From an uncultured Candidatus Saccharibacteria bacterium (GTDB lineage: Bacteria; Patescibacteriota; Minisyncoccia; UBA6257; 2-01-FULL-56-20), in the NCBI GenBank assembly GCA_964360585.1, contig CAYHXC010000007.1:3867-67866 (forward strand): a stretch of 64,000 nucleotides of DNA, read 5' to 3'. The translations under genes and the position numbers were made by a program. Below, one piece after another: positions 59,161 through 64,000 of this stretch (positions are counted from its first letter, which is position 1; each line of letters opens with the position of its first letter). A model generated the notes under the pieces. That model had not been told where the DNA came from. It was given only the letters and a program-made list of their open reading frames with translations, and searched no databases.

Positions 59161-59271
59161 CGTTCAGGGTTCAACCACCCTGCCTGCCTCCAGTAGGTCA
59201 GCCACTCCTCCGTTCTCTATAAGAAACAAAATCTTACTGAATATATCCCCTTTTCCTCTAATTCTCAAGAA

Positions 59272-60774
59272 TTAGGCTTTGCGGGAGCGGTCGTTGGCCA
59301 TCGGGGCAATCAGCTGATCGATGGGCGCAAAATCATCGGTCAGGACCGGCGCGTCCTTATTGACCACCCCGACCCAGAGATGGGTGAGGTAGTGCGTCAG
59401 CTCGGCGTCGTCACTACTCAAGGCCGGCGGCTCGTCGGACTTCATGGCCACAAGTATGATGTTTTGCGTAGTGCCGGTATCGTTTTTATCATAGGTTGGG
59501 AAAAGGTAGACCTGGGGGAAAACCTCGCGGAAGGTTCTATATTCTGCGGCCAAAAATTTACTTCGCGGACCGTCCAGCGAGGAGATGATGTTTACGACAA
59601 CTACTCCCTCGTTGTTCAAAACCCGATACATCTCCGTAATCGCTTCTTTGGTCGTCAGCTGGTACGGCAGAGCGTAAAACGAACCGAAGGCATCGCCGTA
59701 GATCGCATCGTAGGTCGAGGTTGTCCGGTTGAGATATGTCCGACCGTCTTCGTGGTAGATCGTGAGCCGCGGATTATCTTTTAAATTAAAATATTTTCTG
59801 GCCAGTTCGGTCGTCTTGGGATCAATTTCGACAACAGCAAGTGTGGCTTCTGGAAATTGCGCTAAAAAATCCTTGGGATAGGAGTAGCCGCCGGCGCCAA
59901 GCATGAGCGCAGACTCAATAAGCGGGTTGAAGTGCTTGGCTAGGCGGTAGTAGTTTGAATAGGGCAAGGCCAGATCACTCGTATTCAAAAACATAGCGGA
60001 GTTCAACTCGCCGCTGATGAGCATTTCGCGAATCATCTCCCCGGTCTGGGGAATACGATCATCTTTGATCTGAATCCGATTATACGCCGAGTCCGTGTCC
60101 ACAAATCCCTTTGCCTCGGCCTGCTTTTGGGTGATGTGCTGACCAATCGTCAGCGTGAGGAGAATGACGAAGACCGCGGCGCGTGTTTTACTTCGTTCGC
60201 CTAAAAAACCGAAGACAGAAAAAATAACTAAAATGAGCGCGAGAAAGAATAAGATTTTCGTCACGCCGATCCAGGCCAGAAGATAAAAACCGGTCAAAAA
60301 TGTGCCGAAAATACTTCCGACGGTCGAGATGGCGTAGAGATTGCCGACAGTTCGGCCGGAGGTTTCAAGATTCTGGAGTTTGAGACGAGCGGCGTATGGC
60401 GAAACAGTGCCCAAAAGTATACTGGCCGGCGCAAGAAGAATGATGCTCGAAATAATCGCCCGAAAACGGATATCAAATGGCAGGCGCGAGATCACTCCCA
60501 AGATCACGCTATTCGTTAGCGCGAGCAGGCCGATCGCCAATCCGCTGATAAAAAGAATGAAAGAAAGCGTGTCGTAGCGAGCGCTCTGGTCGGCAATCCG
60601 ACCGCCCAGCCAGTAACCAAGACTTAAACTGCCAAGAATGACGCCAATGATGCTGGTCCAAACATAAATTGAGGTACCTAAATAGGGCGCGAGTATTCGC
60701 GAACCCACCAGTTCCAAAATCATGATCACGGTACCCGAAATAAAAACTGTCGATTCAAGCGTGTGGCGTTTCAT
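59272..60774 (-). CDS. speE: polyamine aminopropyltransferase (spermidine synthase) fused to an N-terminal multi-transmembrane domain
   Basis: N-terminal hydrophobic helices; C-terminal LMLGAGGY...VVEID...GDAF spermidine synthase motifs. Confidence 0.7.
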   Translation of the reverse strand: MKRHTLESTVFISGTVIMILELVGSRILAPYLGTSIYVWTSIIGVILGSLSLGYWLGGRIADQSARYDTLSFILFISGLAIGLLALTNSVILGVISRLPFDIRFRAIISSIILLAPASILLGTVSPYAARLKLQNLETSGRTVGNLYAISTVGSIFGTFLTGFYLLAWIGVTKILFFLALILVIFSVFGFLGERSKTRAAVFVILLTLTIGQHITQKQAEAKGFVDTDSAYNRIQIKDDRIPQTGEMIREMLISGELNSAMFLNTSDLALPYSNYYRLAKHFNPLIESALMLGAGGYSYPKDFLAQFPEATLAVVEIDPKTTELARKYFNLKDNPRLTIYHEDGRTYLNRTTSTYDAIYGDAFGSFYALPYQLTTKEAITEMYRVLNNEGVVVVNIISSLDGPRSKFLAAEYRTFREVFPQVYLFPTYDKNDTGTTQNIILVAMKSDEPPALSSDDAELTHYLTHLWVGVVNKDAPVLTDDFAPIDQLIAPMANDRSRKA

Positions 60775-60881
60775 AAGGATTCGTTCATTATACCAAATAC
60801 CAAAAGCCCCGTTTTCGCTTTCTAAGAAATTCGAAAAAACAGTTGAAAAAACCGTTCCTTCATACTATCATCTCCTAACAA

Positions 60882-60972
60882 GCGCCCATAGCTCACCCGC
60901 CAGCCGGCGGAGGTAGAGCGGCTCCCTTTGCTTGTCAGCCGATAGTTCGTTCATCGAAAATGCATCCACCGT
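60882..60972 (+). other. tRNA-like partial duplicate (first 14 nt identical to the following tRNA-Lys, then divergent)
   Basis: GCGCCCATAGCTCA...TAGAGCGGCTCCCTTTGC resembles the tRNA-Lys 5' half with an 18-nt insertion in the D-loop. Confidence 0.25.
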
Positions 60973-61045
60973 GCGCCCATAGCTCAGTTGGTAGAGCGGC
61001 TCCCTTTTAAGGAGATGGTCCCAGGTTCGAATCCTGGTGGGCGCA
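60973..61045 (+). tRNA. tRNA-Lys (anticodon UUU)
   Basis: cloverleaf read by hand: acceptor GCGCCCA/UGGGCGC, D-loop AGUUGGUAG, anticodon loop CUUUUAA, T-loop GGUUCGAAUCC. Confidence 0.75.
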
Positions 61046-61064
61046 CAGTGCATACATTGTAAAA

Positions 61065-62159
61065 CTACTCTTCGGTTTCTGCGTCCTCTATTAATTTTTT
61101 AGCTTTCGCGCTTAACTTTTTCGGCGCTTTCAAAATCAGACGCACCAGAAGATCGCCGCGGCCAAAACTGCCGAGATGGGGCATCCCTTCGTGCGACACG
61201 CGTATCTCTTCCTGAATATTAAAATGTGCCGGAAGATCGATGCTTTTCACGCCTCCGCCGAGGATGGGTACTTCAATTTTCCGCTGGAGCAGTAAATCGA
61301 AAATAGAAATTTCCTTCCGTATTCGAAGATCGTCATTGTGCCGTTCAAACGTGGGGTGCGGCGCGATCAAAATTCGCACATACAAATCGCCTTCACCGGT
61401 GCTGTGCTCGCCGGACTCCCCCGCCCCCTTCACTGTCAGAATCTGACCGTTTTGCACTCCAGGAAGAATTGAAATCTGAACCTGTCGTTTGCCCTTGACG
61501 CGGCCGCTTCCCTTACACGCTTCACATACTTTATTGGGAATCTTGCCGCGGCCATAACACCCTTCACACGGTTTGATCTGTGAAAAATTTCCAAAGAATG
61601 AACGTTTTTCTTCGCGAACCTCGCCTTTTCCATCACATCGCTCACACTTTTTAAACCCGGCCGCCACGTCGGCGCCCTGGCCCTGACACTCCGCACAGCG
61701 AATGGCGGTTTCGTACTCCAAATTTTTGACTGCGCCCCGGAATGATTCCTCGAGCGAGATCTCTATCGGGTACTCCAAATCCGAACCGCGACGATAGGTT
61801 CGCCGTTTGGTGTGGATCCCCAAGTCCTCGAACATTGTCTCGAAGATATCGCCAAGGTCTCCCAAATCGCCCATATCCTCAAATCCAAAACCGTGCGCGC
61901 CGCCAGAAAATGGATTGCCGCCGCCATGCCCTCCGCCGCCCCCGGGAAATGGTTCGGCTGTGCCAAAACGATCGTAGTTCCTCCGCTTCTTTTCATCAGA
62001 AAGAATCTGATAGGCTTCGTTAATTTCTTTAAATTTTTTTTCATCTCCCTTAGGCTTATCGGGATGATACTGATGCGCCAGGCGTCGAAAGGCTTTCTTT
62101 ATTTCGTCGGGAGAGGCATTTTTTTGGACACCAAGTAGTTTGTAGTAGTCTTTGGGCAT
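61065..62159 (-). CDS. dnaJ: chaperone DnaJ
   Basis: J-domain HPD motif (YHPDKPKGD); Gly-rich linker; four CxxCxG zinc-finger repeats. Confidence 0.85.
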   Translation of the reverse strand: MPKDYYKLLGVQKNASPDEIKKAFRRLAHQYHPDKPKGDEKKFKEINEAYQILSDEKKRRNYDRFGTAEPFPGGGGGHGGGNPFSGGAHGFGFEDMGDLGDLGDIFETMFEDLGIHTKRRTYRRGSDLEYPIEISLEESFRGAVKNLEYETAIRCAECQGQGADVAAGFKKCERCDGKGEVREEKRSFFGNFSQIKPCEGCYGRGKIPNKVCEACKGSGRVKGKRQVQISILPGVQNGQILTVKGAGESGEHSTGEGDLYVRILIAPHPTFERHNDDLRIRKEISIFDLLLQRKIEVPILGGGVKSIDLPAHFNIQEEIRVSHEGMPHLGSFGRGDLLVRLILKAPKKLSAKAKKLIEDAETEE

Positions 62160-62169
62160 TACGTAGTAC

Positions 62170-63160
62170 TTAAAAATCTAATGTTTCCTTCGCGGCCGTA
62201 CCGCTGTAAATGTTAATGAAACGACTGGCTAGGAGAACTTGATAGAGCAGATAGGCCAAGCCACTCATGGCGAGCGCATACACCTTTCCTACACTAAAGG
62301 AGAAAACGAGGACAATCAAGGCCCAACCGATGAAGAACCACTGCCCCATATAGTTCTCGAGACGAGCCAGTCCCTCTTTCATTAATCGGTATAAAAAACT
62401 TCCCAGGCGCTCGTCTGGCGCCGGACTGATGCCCCCAAGTTGCGCCTGCATCCGTTCGGTCATTAACTGACTGACCTCGGCATTAATTTTTTCTTTTTCC
62501 GCCGTCGAGAGATTACCGGCGTTGGAAAGTTTGGCCATTTCGTTTTGGGCCATCATCGTGTAGATCTCATCGAACGTTGATTTTGGCGTGATATTCAAGT
62601 CGGGATAAAAATTCGCCGCGAGACCCAAGGACCAGGTGGTCACGCCGTCAAAAGCCGCCTCCGGAACAATCACTCGATCCCGCTGCCAGTAAGGAAAATA
62701 AAAAACGGTGGCCATGAGCGCTACGGCCATAACTAAGCGGCCGTAATAGAGGCCGGCCAGACGAACAAATCGAATTGAGATACTGTTGGCCAGTTCGTTT
62801 CGAACTTTCCAGGTGCCGGAAAAAATAAGCAGTAAAGCAAACCCTTCGGTCGCCAGCCAGCTGAATGACTCGTTATAGAGGAAGAGGCCAAGCACGACTA
62901 CGGCCACCACTTGAAGCACCGTTCGCCGGCCAAAGTCTTTTACCAGCATTGCTTGAAACAGCGAAGCCAGAAAAAAGATCGAAAGATTGAGAAGAATAGC
63001 CCAGAACCCCGGCACCACTTCAAGAAACGGTATGGTTTGACCGGCAATATAGAGCTTGAAGAAATAGCCAAGCGAAAACGCCGAAAGAATCGTGGCAGTC
63101 TCAAAGACTAAACCGCGCCAGAGAGAAGGATTCCGCTGAACCACTTCTTTTTGAATTTTT
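62170..63160 (-). CDS. hypothetical polytopic membrane protein (start uncertain)
   Basis: many hydrophobic helices; the ORF-track N-terminus overlaps the 3' end of dnaK, so the true start is probably internal. Confidence 0.4.
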
Positions 63161-63163
63161 TCA

Positions 63164-64000
63164 CTAAGCGTCTGGTTGAGGAGAAGGTTGCTCACCGTTT
63201 TGATTGTTTTGGCTGTCGTTCTTATTATAGAGCGATTCGCCAATTTTTTGAATCTCGGCGGAAAGTTCATTCATGGCAGTCTGGATGGCGCCAAAATCAG
63301 AACCGTCTTTTACTGCTTTCACGGCCGCGATTTTTTTCTCAATTGCTTCCTTCACTTCAGCCGAAACCTTATCCCCAGCATCCCGCAAAGACTTTTCGGC
63401 GAGATAGATACCACTTTCGGCCTGGTTCTTGATCTCGATCAGTTCTTTCTTTTTTGTATCCTCAACCGCGTGTTCCGCCGCTTCTTTTTTCAAACGCTCA
63501 ACTTCGTCCTTGGAGAGCGTTCCGGAAGCCTCAATCTTGACTGATTGTGTGTTTCCCGAGGCCTTATCTTTGGCCGAAACATTCAGAATACCGTTCGCAT
63601 CAATATCAAATGAAACTTCAATTTGCGGCAAATCGCGAGGCGACGGCGGAATTTTGTCCAAGATAAATCGCGCCAGGGTCTTGTTATCAGCGGCCAACGG
63701 ACGCTCGCCTTGGAGTACATGGACTTCAACCGAGGTTTGATTATCGGCTGCCGTCGAGAACGTTTGTGACTTTGAGGTCGGGACGGTCGTATTTTTCTGA
63801 ATCATCGGAGTGGCCACACCGCCCAAGGTTTCGATGCTCAAGGTGAGCGGCGTCACATCCAAAAGCAAAATATCTTTCACGTCGCCCTGAAGGATTCCGG
63901 CTTGGACAGCGGCGCCCAAAGCCACCACTTCGTCCGGATTGATTCCTTTGTGCGGTTCTTTTCCAAACAAGTTTTTGACCGCCTCCTGAATAGCTGGCAT
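63164..64000 (-). CDS. dnaK: chaperone DnaK, C-terminal part (gene continues beyond the window)
   Basis: [16 protein letters not shown]...[17 protein letters not shown] substrate-binding-domain motifs. Confidence 0.85.
   Translation of the reverse strand: MPAIQEAVKNLFGKEPHKGINPDEVVALGAAVQAGILQGDVKDILLLDVTPLTLSIETLGGVATPMIQKNTTVPTSKSQTFSTAADNQTSVEVHVLQGERPLAADNKTLARFILDKIPPSPRDLPQIEVSFDIDANGILNVSAKDKASGNTQSVKIEASGTLSKDEVERLKKEAAEHAVEDTKKKELIEIKNQAESGIYLAEKSLRDAGDKVSAEVKEAIEKKIAAVKAVKDGSDFGAIQTAMNELSAEIQKIGESLYNKNDSQNNQNGEQPSPQPDA

Noticed and set aside
59040-59220. Possible tmRNA, tRNA-Sec or other structured RNA upstream of tRNA-Ser
   Set aside because: There is no tmRNA 5'/3' pairing, no tag-like reading frame and no UCA anticodon loop. 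Only a tRNA 5'-half-like segment is recognizable.
1-64000. CRISPR arrays or cas genes
   Set aside because: No direct-repeat-with-spacer periodicity and no cas-like ORFs. The only repeated intergenic sequence is the MITE family, which has inverted termini and no spacer structure.

Overview
This window looks like a bacterial chromosome segment with Candidate-Phyla-Radiation/Patescibacteria-style gene content (an inference from the genes, not from a database search). It carries a dense minus-strand housekeeping block (fmt, def, murC, gltX, murG, ftsW, rseP, frr, holB, mreB, murA, glyQS, a Mur ligase, dnaJ, dnaK) plus rplI, rpmA, lexA and ctpA. Among these sit many secreted or membrane hypothetical proteins and several accessory features. 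The most notable is a compact retron at 49198-50366: a non-coding region bounded by a perfect 14-bp inverted repeat (a1/a2), followed by a 302-aa reverse transcriptase with retron-type motifs (YIDD, a VTG-like ITG box) and no obvious adjacent effector gene. A roughly 166-bp terminal-inverted-repeat miniature element (MITE) occurs in four near-identical copies, with a second family member and a mini version sharing the same termini, and three of these overlap the stop codons of neighbouring genes. Other features are a cohesin/dockerin-like operon, a nickel superoxide dismutase with its maturation protease, an LVIVD-repeat sulfatase fusion, a 1605-aa Ser/Thr-rich Kelch-like surface protein with a small paralog, a polyamine pair (speH plus a membrane-fused spermidine synthase) embedded among tRNAs, partial tRNA-like duplications next to three tRNA genes, and a ribosome-binding-site-sequestering hairpin in the rpmA leader. 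I could run no database searches; every call rests on motifs and patterns visible in the translations and the sequence.
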